NCBI GenBank assembly: GCA_965202585.1
Contig: OZ241833.1
Span: 34,286,001 to 34,350,000 of the forward strand
DNA: 64,000 nucleotides
DNA from: Thalia democratica
Lineage: Eukaryota
Direction of reading: 5' to 3'
Both the position numbers and the translations under genes were made by a program. Shown piece after piece: positions 1-13,778 of this stretch (position 1 is the first letter of the stretch; each line of letters opens with the position of its first letter). The notes under the pieces are model-generated. The model had not been told where the DNA came from, made no database searches, and was given only the letters and a program-made list of their open reading frames with translations.

Positions 1-729
1 AGAGGCCTTTCTGGTACAGTTAGACCTATTGTGAAAAGTTTCAGAGACTATAGTAGTGTATTGATGTACAACAAGAGCATGATATTTTCATGTTTTGACG
101 TGAAGTTTTGAAAAGTTGCAAACAAATCTAACAAATTGCCACGGAATATTCTCACAGTAGTTAAGCAGCTGTCGACTTTCTCATCTGAAATTTCGCATAT
201 TTGTTGTTACGTCATAACTGCGGCATTAAACACATGTGACGAGATGAAAATATGCGCGGAAATATTTGATGTGAATTTCATGAGTTGGTCGGCGGTGTGA
301 AAAAAAATAAGGTTTTCAAGTACAAGTTGTAAAGACTAGTTTTGTAACCAAGTATTTTAAAAACAAGTTTGATAGCTTCTAAGTTAATTGTTAAAGTGTA
401 TGTTGACTCTTTATTTGTTCAATAGCAGTTATTTTTTGTTTAATACATAAAACTCAAAAGTATATTTTTCAAATAATTGTTTCAAACTTTTTTTTTAACT
501 TCCTTTGAATAAACCATTGTAGTCAAGCTTTTTAAATTGTAAGTACACACTTTAAATTTTTAACATTTTAATATGGAATAAATAAATCTTTTAAAATTAA
601 AGTTAGAGAACAGCACTTTCAATGAAATATATGGTAAAAAATATTTTCACTTAAGTGTCTTGTAAAAAAGAGTAAATTTAAAAGTAATTTGAGCAATTAA
701 AATTCAAGAAATTTATTTTAAAATGTTTT

Positions 730-762
730 AATTTGTAATTCAATTTGTAATTCAATTTGTAA
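730..762. repeat. 12-bp minisatellite (AATTTGTAATTC x2.7)
   Basis: Direct reading of the sequence. Confidence 0.7.
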
Positions 763-1977
763 GCAGTTAAATACTCTGTTAAACATGTATTTAGAAAAAA
801 ATTAAGTAGTTTTTAATATCTGCTTATTAAAATATGAGCATATAAACACTATTAGTTTGTTATTTTCATGCTTCAAAACTTGACTCAAAAAGCCAAGTTA
901 ACTGATTAACGTTGTTTTTTATTTTACAAGTAAGTGTCAACATAACTAACCGTTAAATGCAGCTTAGTTTACAAGCTTTTTACGCACGGAAGACATATTT
1001 CATTTCAGCACAACAAATTAAAAAAAAAGGTAACTTAATAAGTTGAGTGAAATAAAACTATTGTTTATTTTGCAACAGCTAAATTCAAAAAACTAACCAT
1101 CAGACACAGTTTAGTGCCAATTTTTTTCCTCACAAAAAACAACTTATTTTACTTTAGCACAACTGTCTGTTTGCTGTGCGGTAATTCTGGATATCCTAAA
1201 AAGTGTTTACACACGTGCACTCGTACACATGTGCACACAAATCACTTCAGCTGTTGAAGAATTATCTTACACTGTGTAAGTACGTTGGGGATTCAAATGG
1301 AAAAAATACAACAAAATGTATTTTGTTTGATTTTGCAGGTTTTTACAGATTTTTGAATTTTGAGTTTTCAAATGCTTTGACTCCGAGAATCGATTAGATT
1401 TGTTCGGATAACTCTATATATATACTTTTAAATTTAGTTGGAATAAAAAAATTCTTCAAACTGCTAGTTGTTTTACATACAAACGGTTTTACTAGTGTGT
1501 TCCTTTTTGGACAAGTTTAAGAAGTTGAACGTTGAAAAAGCTATTTATTGTTCATAACCATTGTTTGTTATATCTCAAAGTTTGTTTTACAAAATGCTAC
1601 TATACCATCATGGTGTAACCATAACTCAGATTATTTTAATTATAGAATAACTTACTTAGCCTTATAACAAACTAAAAAAGAACAAACCTAAAAGTGCTTT
1701 CTAATACTTATGACAATTATAATAATATTAACGATAAAGTTCTTAGTTATGTTCGTAATATTGTAATATTTTTATGTTACAGTTATATGTTAGTTAAGCT
1801 AAAAACAAAGCAAGAAATGATAAACGCAAATAAACTTTTTAAAAAGCCTTTACCGGTCGTAAATGCGCTATTCATCAAAGCACAGAACAAACATCAGACT
1901 TTTCAATCAGCAGCGCAACAAATCATTTAAGGCGACTTGTGAGAAATTTTCCCTTTGTTTGCTTCGTCAGGTGCGCT

Positions 1978-1992
1978 GGCGACTTCAAGTCT
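1978..1992 (+). promoter_or_regulatory. BMP/Smad response element (Id-1 promoter)
   Basis: GGCGAC-TTCAA-GTCT(G), an exact GRCGNC-N5-GTCT match. Confidence 0.8.
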
Positions 1993-2136
1993 GCTCAATG
2001 CACGTGCAACCTCGAGAAAATTGAAAAAAAAAAAAATTAAGAGATGAAATACGAGATAGCGGGTGGTAATTGGGTGGGATAATGTGAAGAAACAACTCTG
2101 AGAGCTTGGAAGGAAAAAAAAAGGCAGTTTGTCGCG

Positions 2137-2144
2137 CATATAAG
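2137..2144 (+). promoter_or_regulatory. TATA-like box of Id-1
   Basis: CATATAAG about 70 bp before the ATG, conserved in Id-2 (15047..15054, minus). Confidence 0.6.
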
Positions 2145-2213
2145 CGGAGCTGAGCTGCAAAAAATTATTACTTCAAAGTCTGCAGCGGCAAGCACACAAG
2201 CTAAAAACTCAAA

Positions 2214-2510
2214 ATGGTAAAAGCAAGCAAAATAGTATCTTCCAGCGAAAACAAAATCAGCAAAAACTCTTTGGCCATCAAAAAGAACGACGATTTGAAA
2301 GTGAAGGAGACGCTTTCGAAGCTGCAAAATATCCTGCCAAAATGCTGCGATCAAAACATCCTGCCAAAGTGTGGCGATGAAGAGGACCAGCTTGAAATAA
2401 TTCAGCAGGCCATCTACTACATCCGGGACTTGAGCGAGTTGCTGAATAAACCTCAGATCTCAGGAATGAAAAAGATCAGTAATCAGAACATCGTGTCTTC
2501 TCCAGTGTGA
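2214..2510 (+). CDS. Id: Id/emc-like HLH protein lacking a basic region (Id-1, 98 aa)
   Basis: ATG-started ORF. TLSKLQNILP...QLEIIQQAIYYIRDL matches helix 1 and helix 2 of Id/emc (YSKLKELVP...EILQHVIDYI.DL), with no basic region ahead of helix 1. TATA-like CATATAAG about 70 bp upstream. Confidence 0.88.
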   Translation: MVKASKIVSSSENKISKNSLAIKKNDDLKVKETLSKLQNILPKCCDQNILPKCGDEEDQLEIIQQAIYYIRDLSELLNKPQISGMKKISNQNIVSSPV

Positions 2511-2530
2511 AATGCAGAATAACTTACAAG

Positions 2531-2829
2531 GTAAATATTTTATTTTAGATATTAAAAAGTTTAAACTATATACTAAACTTCTTGCGAGGTAAATATTTAT
2601 TTGTTTCACACGTTTTGAGTTGATAGTCAAAAAAGATATCAGCTTTTGATATATTTGTTAAAATATACTTAAGGTTTAATCTGTTTTTAACGTAAAAGTT
2701 AACAAAATATAGTTTAATAAAACATAAAAGTTATTTAAAACTGTATCATTCAAATGATTAGATGTTAAATGAAACACTAAAAATACACTTAATTAAGAAA
2801 CAAGTCACTTATGATGTACAATTTTTCAG
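2531..2829 (+). other. Predicted 3'-UTR intron of Id-1
   Basis: AG|GTAAAT donor 20 nt after the stop and TTTTTCAG acceptor. Similarity to Id-2 stops just after the donor and resumes at the acceptor. AATAAA at about 2976. Confidence 0.75.
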
Positions 2830-5601
2830 ATAAACGGAACAAACTTTGCAACTTTCACAAACTTGCCAGATGGAGCAACCGAAGTTTCGACAAGTTTTTT
2901 CAGCAGCTATGACGTCAAAAACAGCGTAATAAGAAAGTTGTTCGCCGAGTGGAAGCTAGCGCGGAATGAAAACTGAATAAAAATATATGAATTGTTTTTT
3001 GTAGTGTTTTTGAATTGTTGTTTACCATTTTTTTAATGTTACTAAAATATTAATTCTCAAATTTGTGTTTTGTGTTGTTTTTATATACATTATACCTAAG
3101 GTTAAAGTTTAAGGAAATAGCGTAAAACTTACAAAAAAAGTACAGTAAATTAAAGTCAATTTGATAAAAAGAACTAGAAAATTTTGCTTATTCGAGTAAT
3201 AGATTTAAAAAAAGTAAATATACGGAACTTAAAAAAAAGTAAAATTAACACACCTTAAAAAACTAAAAGTAGCGAAGAAAGTTTTTGTTTTAAAACAACA
3301 ACTTTCTAAATAAAAAGCATTCTTAAGACTTTCTCAATTACATAATTAGTCTTAAATTCAAAATTAACAAAATTAAACAAACAATTTATTCAGCTGTGGC
3401 AAAGCGTTTTCTTTGAAAATTTTCAAAAACAAACTCTCAAATATTTATGATTTAACCGTAAACACCTGGAAACATACTTTATGTTTATTCGTTGCAGGTG
3501 TGTGCGTTATGAATTTCAAAGAATTATTTGCTTACTTCGGTCAAACGTATTTTGTTCGTTGTTTGTGAAAAACTTGAAATAACCTTTGAGTGATGATAAT
3601 GTTTTTTAGTATGAAAGGAGAATGTTCTTAAAGCAGTGAAATAAATTTTAAATTTTTTATTTAGCTAAGTATAACTTTATTAAAAGTAAATACAATGTTA
3701 AAGTTGTTTACAAGAATACGAACTTTATCTTATTGTTTTGTTGAACTATCTAATGAGTTTAACTTTGAAGACTCCTAAACATTTATAGTTTTACCTTTAT
3801 TATAGTTAACTTGGAAAAAAAATTATTTCATCTCTAAAACTAAAAGGTTCTCAAAAACAGGCGACTTAGAAGTGATGTAGTCTTTACACTATTTAAATAG
3901 TTATTTTTCTCGAAATTCTGTCTTTACAAAATTCCATGACTACAACTTCATTGTAGAATTATTTTAACTAAAAAAATTTGGACTGTTTTTGAATTGGTTT
4001 ATAGAAGTTGTGTATGAATAATGTAAAAATTTAGTTTCTAAAGAAAATAACAGAAAACATTCAGTCTAATAATAATTAAAGTGAAAGTAAGATGAAAAAT
4101 ATAAAAATTAATTTATTAAGTAACCGTGCAGTACTTTTTGTAGAATAAAAGCATAAAAAAGTAAAATGTTCTACATTCACACCAGTTTTTATTAAAACTG
4201 ATTTTTGTTCAAATTGTAATTACTTGAGTATGCAGTCGAAACTGTTATGCTGGAAAAGAAGTAAAATGGTTAGACGAAGCTGCTGTCTAGTAGATCATTT
4301 ATAACAGCAACGGTAGTAATTACATAACTGAAAGTATTAAGTAAGTTTTTTCACGAAAAAATACAAAAGTTATGTAGTTTTAGACAGAAGTACTTATGTT
4401 TCGTTAACCTTAATTTTGTAAAGTTTTAAAGTAATTCAGTATATTAAAACAATTTAAAACTCTAATAAAAATTATGTAAAGTTGCTGTGTTTAAATAACT
4501 CAATAGTTTATATAAGTTTTAAATGCTTTCTTATTTGAGCTTACATACTTTTTGTATCTTCAGGGGTTAAATATTTCTAAACATTAAAAAAAATGCTACT
4601 AATAAAAATGTGTAGTAGTAAAGTTTAAAACGTTTAAACTTAATAGTTGAATAAGCTTTAAAAGTATGTTAAGTCAATAATCCAATAGAAATAACAAATG
4701 TAACTAACTTCGATTAATTAACAACTTTTCCTCAGAACTATTAAGATAAAAATTATACGAAATTACTCTGTTTTTCAAGTATTAAAGCGTTATAAAACCT
4801 TAAATCAATCTTTTAAACCTTGTTTTTTTATTCATCTGTGTAAAAAGAAACTTAGAACATTTTTTAGAGTGCATTATCGGAGTATACTACATTCATTTTT
4901 TTTCTTATTCAACACTTTTTAGATCTGTTTTAGCTTATTCAACAAAACTTTAAAACTATATTGTTAAAAATGTTCAAGTTTTTAAAAACTTTGAAATAAT
5001 AAAAAAGAGTTTATAAATAACTCTTTTGAACAGTTACTTTCAAAATTTTTAAAGTACTGTGTTTAAAACTTTTAGTATATACTGTTAGTATACAAAATTT
5101 CGGTAACTTCTTATAAATTGTTCGGACATAAAAACTAAAAATACCATTTTCATAAAGCTGCAACAACAAAACAGTTTAAAAATAGGTAGCAATTTTATTC
5201 TACAAAACAAAACACGACTATACTTTAACTGTAGTGCTATTCTTTATTGTTTAAAGTTACTTTGATTTATTTTAAACTTAAATTTTTCAAAATTAAAACA
5301 ATAATGTAACTTAACTATATAAAGTTTTATAATTTTAATTGACTCTTTAATTGTCTAAAAATGTATTTACAAACTTGTTTAAAACTTGTTCTACAACACA
5401 TCAAATAATAAACATATTTTGTTAAAAGAAAAAAATTGTATGCAGTTTTATATAGAATTTTACTTTTTTTTTAAACTGCTCAACGACCTCTTAATTTAGC
5501 GAGGCAACAGTAAATTTTAAAAAGAATCATCTTTCAATGTTTTTTGTCGTTCACGGAAGAAGCGTGAAAGGGAAAAATTAAACTTTTGTTCAAACTTTTG
5601 C

Positions 5602-5755
5602 CATTAGCTTAATTTATAATACATTTATGCACATGTTCGTACGAAGGCAGACTTGTAGGCGCCGTAACACCTGGGTTAAAGTGAAAAACAAATACTATGA
5701 AAGTAGTGAAAAGTATATGAGTGAGGAGCTGAAATGAGGAAAAATTGTTGCGCTG
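5602..5755. repeat. Triplicated BRE-containing element, copy A
   Basis: About 100 bp identical to copies B and C. Contains AGAC-TTGTA-GGCGCC (5649..5663) and CACCTG (5668..5673). Confidence 0.9.
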
Positions 5756-8700
5756 AAAAAAGAGAGTTGAGAAAGTTTGTTGCTTTAAAGCGAAAATTAT
5801 ACATTAGAAATTGTTTTACTGTTTTTTGAAATCATTGGAAATTTTTGGCAGGAATAATTTAAGTCTTTTAGCATTTTAGTTGTTGTACACTTTTAAAGAA
5901 AAAAAAGTAAGATTTTCGAATTTTCAACGAAGAGGTCATATAACATTTCGTGACAAAATCAAAAAGACTATTAGTAGTTATATAACTTTTTCACTTTTAA
6001 TTTTTGTAGTTTCAAATGTAATTTAAATTTTGATAACTATCTTGCAAAATCTTAATGAGAAGCTAAGAAATGAATTTTAATAACGGTAGCTTTTTATAAA
6101 GTTAAACATAAAAACTATTAAAGATGTTTACTTGACCACATTAAACGACATGTTATATAAATTAAAAAGAACGTGAATAAATATTTTTTTTCGAAATTTT
6201 TGATATGAGAAGAAAACGTGAAGCTAATAAAAGTACTACGTTCAATTTGTCCATATTTATACTTTTTCCTCAACGCTTTAATTTGTTACAAAGAAAGGAT
6301 TTGTTCCTAAAAAACAAAGCCAAATCTTACATAAAAAAAATATGTTTAGTATACTTTTTTGTAGGAACTAAAAGTCTATTTCTATTGCTTTGTAATAAAT
6401 TAAACCGAAAACTTTTGAAATTATAGACGAGCTGTAGTACCTTTATGCTAACCAAAATATCTAAAAAAGTACCTTATACCAGCAGTTTTTAGTGTTTAAA
6501 ATAAGAATATTTACAAAAGTAAGATGCCAAGAAAAACTGTAAGTATATATGAATTAAAAAACGCGTTTAATTTTAATGGTTTTACACTAGAAAGTTATTT
6601 TTGAAACTGTAAATATTAAAAAAAAAAACTTTTTATAAATGTAGTTTAAGTTTTTGGTTTGATTTGAAGTTTGTTTGATTATAATAGAGGTAATTATTGT
6701 TTATCAAATAGACTTTATTAAAATAAAACTCAGTTGTAATAACCTATATTTCTGTTAAGAATATCATAAGCATGCTTATTTAAAAAAATATATCTGTACA
6801 ACTAAAATAAAAAAGCTATCACCAACTGTTTACTATTTAAACTCAAAACAGCAATCAAAACGAAACATAGACGTTTATAACATGAGAAAAAAAACCACTT
6901 CTTGAATTGTGGACTAAAAACACAATTAAACTCTAAACTTTTATCAACACAAAAGTTTTAAATACTATTTAGTTATCTTGAAGCCTTTTATTCGTCGTCA
7001 GCGAAAATTAAATACTCAAAGTACACAAGCATTAAACTTTAATTATTTTAAACAGGTATGTTTTTTTACAGCTTAGAGACTTTTCTATCGGCTCATTTTA
7101 CTTCAGCCAGTAGCTTAATTTGTTTTGCTCGTTAACTAATTCGTGAAATGCTTTTTACTAAATTCCTACGATTTGTGTTCATTAAAACCCATGACTATAA
7201 ATTTATTTAAATTCAACTTATACGACCTGAGTTTTTGCCAAATATCAAGTAACTTGAAAGCTTAAATTTTACCGACTCTTAAAATATAAAATGGCATTAA
7301 CAGTTGTCCTTTTAATGTCCTTTTAATATATATATATATATTTATTTAAGTTTAACCAATTAAGAGAAATGCTGAGTTTTTAACAACGACTTCTCAATTT
7401 CTATCGACTCACTTTAGTTTAACTTATTAAATAAAAAAAAGTTATCATTTAATATAACTTAATATAAAACACAATACACAAACCCGTGAAAACTTTCTTA
7501 AAATTTAAATCTTATTAAAACAGCTTGCTAATCTTGCAGTTGTAAAATTTAAAGTAATTTATACATTAAGTATTCTTGTTTGTTATATGAGCTACAGAAA
7601 ACTAATTAAAACGTTCGCGGCGGTCAATAACCCGTTTAACTGTGATGTAAGCTCAACCGTTATTAACTTCTCAGAGGTTTGGAAATATGTCAGGTGCGGA
7701 ACAGAAATTAAACTTTACCTGACCTTCCGAGAACAGCTGCGGCCTAATTGTTATCTTTGCATTTCTACACAGCGTAATCTGCGAGCATTTTCGCTTTGAT
7801 TTTTCATGAAATCTCAATGTTTTTTGCACAAAGCCGTGGTGTAGGTTAATCTGACGACTTTATTGCGGGCGTCTTGCTGCCCGAGATACGAGATAAGCTT
7901 TATTAGCGCATTTTATTGTTTGGTTGCTTTTTGATTAACTGAGCGAGTAATAAACGCCAGATAACTTTATAAAGAAGTCGTTTTTAGTGTTTTCTGCTGT
8001 AAAATTTGTCTTGTGATAAGATAAACTTTATTCGAAGTTTTATTATAATTTTTTATACCAACACATAAAACTTTAAAAAGTCAATATTAAAGTTTTCTTT
8101 AGATAAAGTTGTGTAAATAATGAAAGTTTGCAAAATAAGATATTATCATTTGAATTTTAATAAACAATGAACTTCACCGCACGACCAACAACACATAGAA
8201 GTTTTTGGTGTCAATATTAAAGCATTATGTAGATAAACTCCTAGATTTAATAATATCTTTTGAGTTTTGTAACTTAAATTTGATAGAGCGCGGTAAATGA
8301 AAAAAAAAAGTTTTAATGAAGTTTGTTGTGCTGTTGTAAGTTAATTGTATTTTTTATTAGTAAAAAAGTTAACCATTTTACCTTTCAACAGCTTTTTTTT
8401 TGTAAACATTTTGCAGTAGATCGTTTCTATAACAGTCGTATAAAATAAACAATAAGTACTAGAAAACATTTTTTCCTAATAAATACCAAAATTTAAAAAC
8501 GGTTTGTGATACAGCTAATTATTTATTAAGTTACTTTTTATTTGACAATTAGTATTTATTTGATAATTTTATTTTTTGTAAGAATTGCATAAAAACATGC
8601 AGTACACTTGTTACGTCAGTATAAAGAGTCATCTCATGCGTACAAATAAATATTTTACCGGCAAACTAAAACTGAAAAAAAAAGAAAAGTTTTCATAAAA

Positions 8701-9434
8701 CCATAAAGTGTATTTTTGCATGAAACTTGTCAAAAGTGAGGGTGAACAGTGTAAAAGGAAAGGACACTTTTTACTGTATAAGAAAGTTCACAAATGACAT
8801 GTTTTATTGAGCTATTTTCACGGGTAGTGATAAATTGGACTACTTGTTGATTGAAATGATAAAGTAAGGAGTTTGAATACAAGTTTTAAACTTAAAGAAT
8901 TTACGATTAGTTTGATGCCAAAAGTTTAAAATTCTAAACACGATAACAAAATAAAAATTTGAATGGATATTTTGATAGCGAAATGTCGGGGTGTTTATAT
9001 AGTAATTCGTTTATAAAGTAATATATATATATATATATATAATTATCATGCGTTATTATTATTATCATGCGTTTTTAAAGCAATTACGGCTTAATTTATG
9101 TGTATTATGTACAAAAACTTTGTTTTGTTAACAAGCAACAAAAATTTGTACTTTATGATTTATGTTTATTATGACATTTAAACTTCATATGTATAGTTTT
9201 TACCGAATTATATAAACCTTTTAAAATATTTATAATTATTTCAAATGCTTACCTGCAAAGCATATCTTTTGTTTTTTCAGTTTAACAAAAAAATGTCCGA
9301 ATAACCAAAATTTTCAATCAAATAAAAAACCCTAAAACCCTTATTGTCAGTTTCATTAGCTTTGGTGGCTTTGCAAACTTTTCATCAAACTTAAGGTGGT
9401 CTCTTCTTTTAACAAAGGTCTAAGCTCGCACACA

Positions 9435-9585
9435 CATTAGCTTAATTTATAATACATTTATGCACATGTTCGTACGAAGGCAGACTTGTAGGCGCCGTAA
9501 CACCTGGGTTAAAGTGAAAAACAAATACTATGAAGGTAGTGAAAAATATTAGTGGGGAGCTGAAATGAGGAAATTTGTTGCGCTG
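9435..9585. repeat. Triplicated BRE-containing element, copy B
   Basis: Direct repeat of copy A. BRE at 9482..9496. Confidence 0.9.
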
Positions 9586-10659
9586 CTAAGAGCAAACGGT
9601 TGAAGCTTATTTGGTTTGGAAACAAACTTTCAATAAACACGGATCTGCTTTGTTTTATCAGCTGAAATTTTAAGGAACACGACAGTTTGACGATTTAATT
9701 TTCACTAGTTTTGTCTTATTAGTTTATTTTCAAATGTGTTTTTGTTTTCAATAGATTGAAAAAAAATTGTGGACGTTACATATTAACTGTTTATTGTTTT
9801 ATTTTTATAGCAAACCAAAATACTTATTTACTGAAATTGTTTGTATAAGAACATTTTTGAAACAGTCATACTGGTCTTTGTTTCTTGTTTTCATCATTGT
9901 TACTCCTTCGCATATGGTTTAATTATTAACAGTAAGCGATCTGGTTGTTATGAATGACAGTTCTTGTACTGCAAAGTTAAATGTCGTAAAGTACTACTTG
10001 GTACACTATAATTAGAATAGATCTGGAAATTAAATAAGGTGAATTAAAAAAAAAAAAGGTTGTTTGTTGCTACTTTGAAAATTAGCTCCTAAAAATAGAC
10101 TATAAAAAGTTTGAACACAAAAGATATAGTTTATTCTAACAGCCATAACAGCTGTGAGCTGTAATTTAAAACAGTTTTACTTATTAATTATTAATGAATA
10201 GGTATCAATAGTATGGTATTATTATAAATATTTTTGAACGCACTTGACGATTTTTAATAAAAAATAATTGTCCACTAATTAATCTATGCAACAGAAAATA
10301 TATTTTACGCAGATACATACCAAGAATATATAAGTTTTCAGTTTATTGTTATAAGTATTGATAGTCTCGTAAAAGCAAAAATTTTGGATTAAAATTTTTT
10401 GGACTGTATAAAAAGTTATAAAAAAACGTAAATTCAGAATTAGCAGTTTACTATACAAAATAAATTAAAAAACTTTAGTTTTTCTTATTTTACTATGATA
10501 AAAGTAATTTTTAAACGTTGACAACAAAAATCGCGAGGCTAAAAAAAGCAACAAAACAACAACAGCGTCGTTTCGAAATTAAATTTAGCAACAAGAAACC
10601 CAATATAGAACAAAATTTAACGCGAAATCGCTTTTTGATGGTCAAGGGCGAAACATCAG

Positions 10660-10750
10660 CTCGCGCAGGTGAGCTTCAGATCCGCGTATCTAATTGGCAG
10701 ACATCAGGGCGCCTCGGAACACCTGCGAGCTTGCAATTATGACGTCACAA
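10660..10750. promoter_or_regulatory. Putative enhancer: BRE, two E-boxes and a CRE
   Basis: CAGGTG at about 10666, AGAC-ATCAG-GGCGCC 10699..10713, CACCTG 10720..10725 and TGACGTCA 10740..10747, all inside a GC-rich island. Confidence 0.65.
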
Positions 10751-13685
10751 AGACCTGTATGCAGCTTCGTGCTCCTTGGAAAGTCGCATTCTGGATTAAA
10801 AAGAACTTTTCCAGGGCTCCCATCACGGTTTCAACGCGTCGCGCTAATGGAGATCGGATCTTTGTAATTACACGTTTCCCGCCTAAACACGTCATAGTAG
10901 CTGGGAGTAGCGTTTTTATTTTGTTGTTGATATGGGTCTTCAGCTGCGTACTAATGTGTGCAGAAGTTGGAACAGTATCTTAAAAACAAATTTAAAAGCT
11001 TTTTTATGTTAATAATTGAGAATACTTTGTGAATTAAGTACAATCATTATAAGTTTTTTTGTAGCGTTCGAAGTAAACAGTCTAGCAATTAGAAACTATT
11101 AACAAAAAGTAATGATTTGAAAAGTATAGCTGTAAATAAAAATCATAAAGATTTTTATTTTCAAGAATATACCAATAAACTTATAGATATGACTAATATA
11201 CAAAATACAGTCTACATTTACAATTTAACCTTCTTTTATGCCGTGAATATTACCTAAATTTTATAGGTTTCTTGTAGCATTTTCAAACAGTTCCACTATA
11301 AAAAACTACTTTGAAATGATAAAGTGAACTAAATTTAGACGTTTTTTGAAAAATAGCTAAACTTAAAATTCCGAAAAACTTACTTTTATTACAAATAAAA
11401 CATTTTCTGAAACGGAATCCAAATTAACAATAAAATATAGAAAAACAAAGCAAGTTATAAAAATGTTGTAAACAGTTATTTCAGTGTAATAAAAAGGTAA
11501 TTTATTTTAATTGTATAAAAGTTTTTATACAAAAGTTAGAGATAATAATTGCCTTAAAATTTTGCCAATAACATTCTTTTGTGTACAGCTCGAAAATCAA
11601 ATAATTTAAATTGCATTTTGAAGTATTTACTCAGATTTGCCATAAATTAAAAACTAACACCTGCGCTCTGGAGAAACTTATTAACAACTTGAAGGGTAAA
11701 AATAAATCACGATGCTCACCGCATTCACCATATTTTAAATATTTTGATGAGCGTGTAATTGCGCGTTTCAACAACACAGTTGATACACAACTTTCAAGGG
11801 AAAGAATATTCAATTTGCGGTGCAGAGTGTTGTCATATGTGCGAGTTGTGCTCTGGTGCAAGGTCTGCCTTCGTTCGAAATCAATCTAAATTAAAGCTGT
11901 CTCCCTGTTTGAAACAATTCTAATTTAAAAGTGTTTTTCTTCAGCTAAACCAAGCGCGCAGCTTTTTCTTCTCGGCCGCAATTCCGAATATCAAAGCAGC
12001 ACACTTCAGAAAAAACGAAAACTTGTAATTACAACGCACATGTGTTTCAATGCCCGCAAACAGCTGCGCATAGAAAAAAAAAACTGAGTTTGGAAAAGTT
12101 TTAAATAAAAAGGTTTAAAACTACATTATGACGTAACTGTGCAGGTGCTTTGAAACTGCTGCTGCTGTTGTGTCAGCTGCGAGATCACATAAGCAGCCAC
12201 TATCATTTGAAACAAATGGCAGTTAAGTATACAAAGTTTTGCATTTTTAATGTTTCAGCATTTTGTGCGAAGAGTAAAAAAAAGTGAATTTAAAGCTTGT
12301 AAGTTTAGAGATGTAATAATGGAAAAAAAATCTAGGGTGAGCTAAAATGATTGGGTGCAGCAAGCATCGTTCGTAAAACAAAAAAGTGATTAAGAAATTA
12401 TAGTAACATTTATGACAGTAATGGAAATAAAGTATACAAAGATCATTCTAAACGTTTCAGCGTTCAGAGACCTGTGAAAGTTTTAAGTGAAATTTAAGCT
12501 GATAAGTTTAGCAGGTTCAAAAATGAGTATTAGCCCAATTGGTCGGGTGTAACATATATCGTTCGTAAATTAAATGATAGATAAAAAATGTTAAATAAGT
12601 TCTAATCACATTTGATATATTATTTTACATTTTAGAGAATACGCTAAAACTAATGTTAATGGATTTCCGAAACCTTAAAGTTGTGTTTTAAAATGTGATT
12701 AGAATTACGACAATAAAACCCAATATTTAACATAAAGTCGTATTCCACTTTAAAGCATTTTTATGCTTATTTTTATTCTTATACTTTAAATAACAACGTT
12801 TTGTGTTAAATATTAAGTTTTATTGTTTTGATTTAACAATACTATTTTAATTCTGCTTGAAATTTATTTTAAAGTAAAATACTTATACGAAATATCTCTA
12901 GTTTAGTTAATTGAAACTATCAAGATGTGATTTATCAAGTTACTTTAGGTCTAAATTAAATGTAGGATTATTTGAAACTTTTATTTTGTGCTTTTTTTCA
13001 ACGTTGATATATTATAGCAGTTTTGGCAAAAAACTGTATTTAAAGCACTTGATAATTTTAGTAGTTGAAAATACTACATAAGAAGTACTTAATGGAACTA
13101 CCAAAAAGTAAAACACTTAGGCTCATCTATACAACTTTTTTATTATTTATTAGTTTAGGAATAGACACTACACATTCAAACTAGTACCTAAAATTTCACT
13201 AAAATAGCACAAAAAAAAGGTATTGCGCTATCATAATATTTTCGTACATACCTGTATGAATATAAAATTTTTATACAAGTCTATAACCATAGTAAGTCTT
13301 TAACAAAATTTATTTAATGTTTAAATGTAAGGTTGTAAGAATAGCTGATCTAGTTTCTGTTTAAATTTCAGTTTTCTTCAAATTATCGACTAGGAACAAA
13401 AAACTAAAAAAAAAACCTCATACGCGCCTATGTAAACATATTTACATGTTTTGTAAACGTTAACAAAAAAATAATGTTTTAAAGTTATAATGAAAAAATT
13501 TATTAAAATTTTAAGTATTTTCTTAAATACTTTTTACAAATTATTATAAACCAAACTTTGAAACAAAAAGTTTTATAATCTTTTATACACCTTAATCAAA
13601 CTTTTTCAAATTAAACGTTGAAGCGCAACAGCTAACTTAAATTTAAATCATTATGTAAAACGTTTTTAAATTTCTTAATGCTTTC

Positions 13686-13778
13686 TATTTAGACATTTAT
13701 AAACTTAATAATAAAAAAAAAGGAAAATTTTTTATTTAGACATTTATAAACTTAATAATAAAAAAAAAGGAAAATTTT
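13686..13778. repeat. 47-bp tandem duplication (x2)
   Basis: TATTTAGACATTTATAAACTTAATAATAAAAAAAAAGGAAAATTTT repeated. Confidence 0.85.

Noticed and set aside
2037-2354. Antisense or overlapping ORFs on the Id genes and promoters (1927..2160, 2037..2354, 15033..15314, 15162..15434, 24413..24613, 48114..48365, 48441..48709)
   Set aside because: They are shadows of GC-rich CDS or promoter DNA. They resemble each other only because the DNA is duplicated, their starts and stops are not conserved, and they have no domain signature.
2508-2530. Stop-codon readthrough into the 3' exon
   Set aside because: A second in-frame TAA follows four codons after the TGA in both Id-1 and Id-2.
10518-12200. 60-105 aa ORFs in GC-rich islands (also 17509..17961, 26148..26412, 37320..37544, 40691..41017, 56953..57201)
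   Set aside because: Mostly TTG/GTG starts with no recognisable domains. They are better explained by the lower stop-codon density in regulatory islands.
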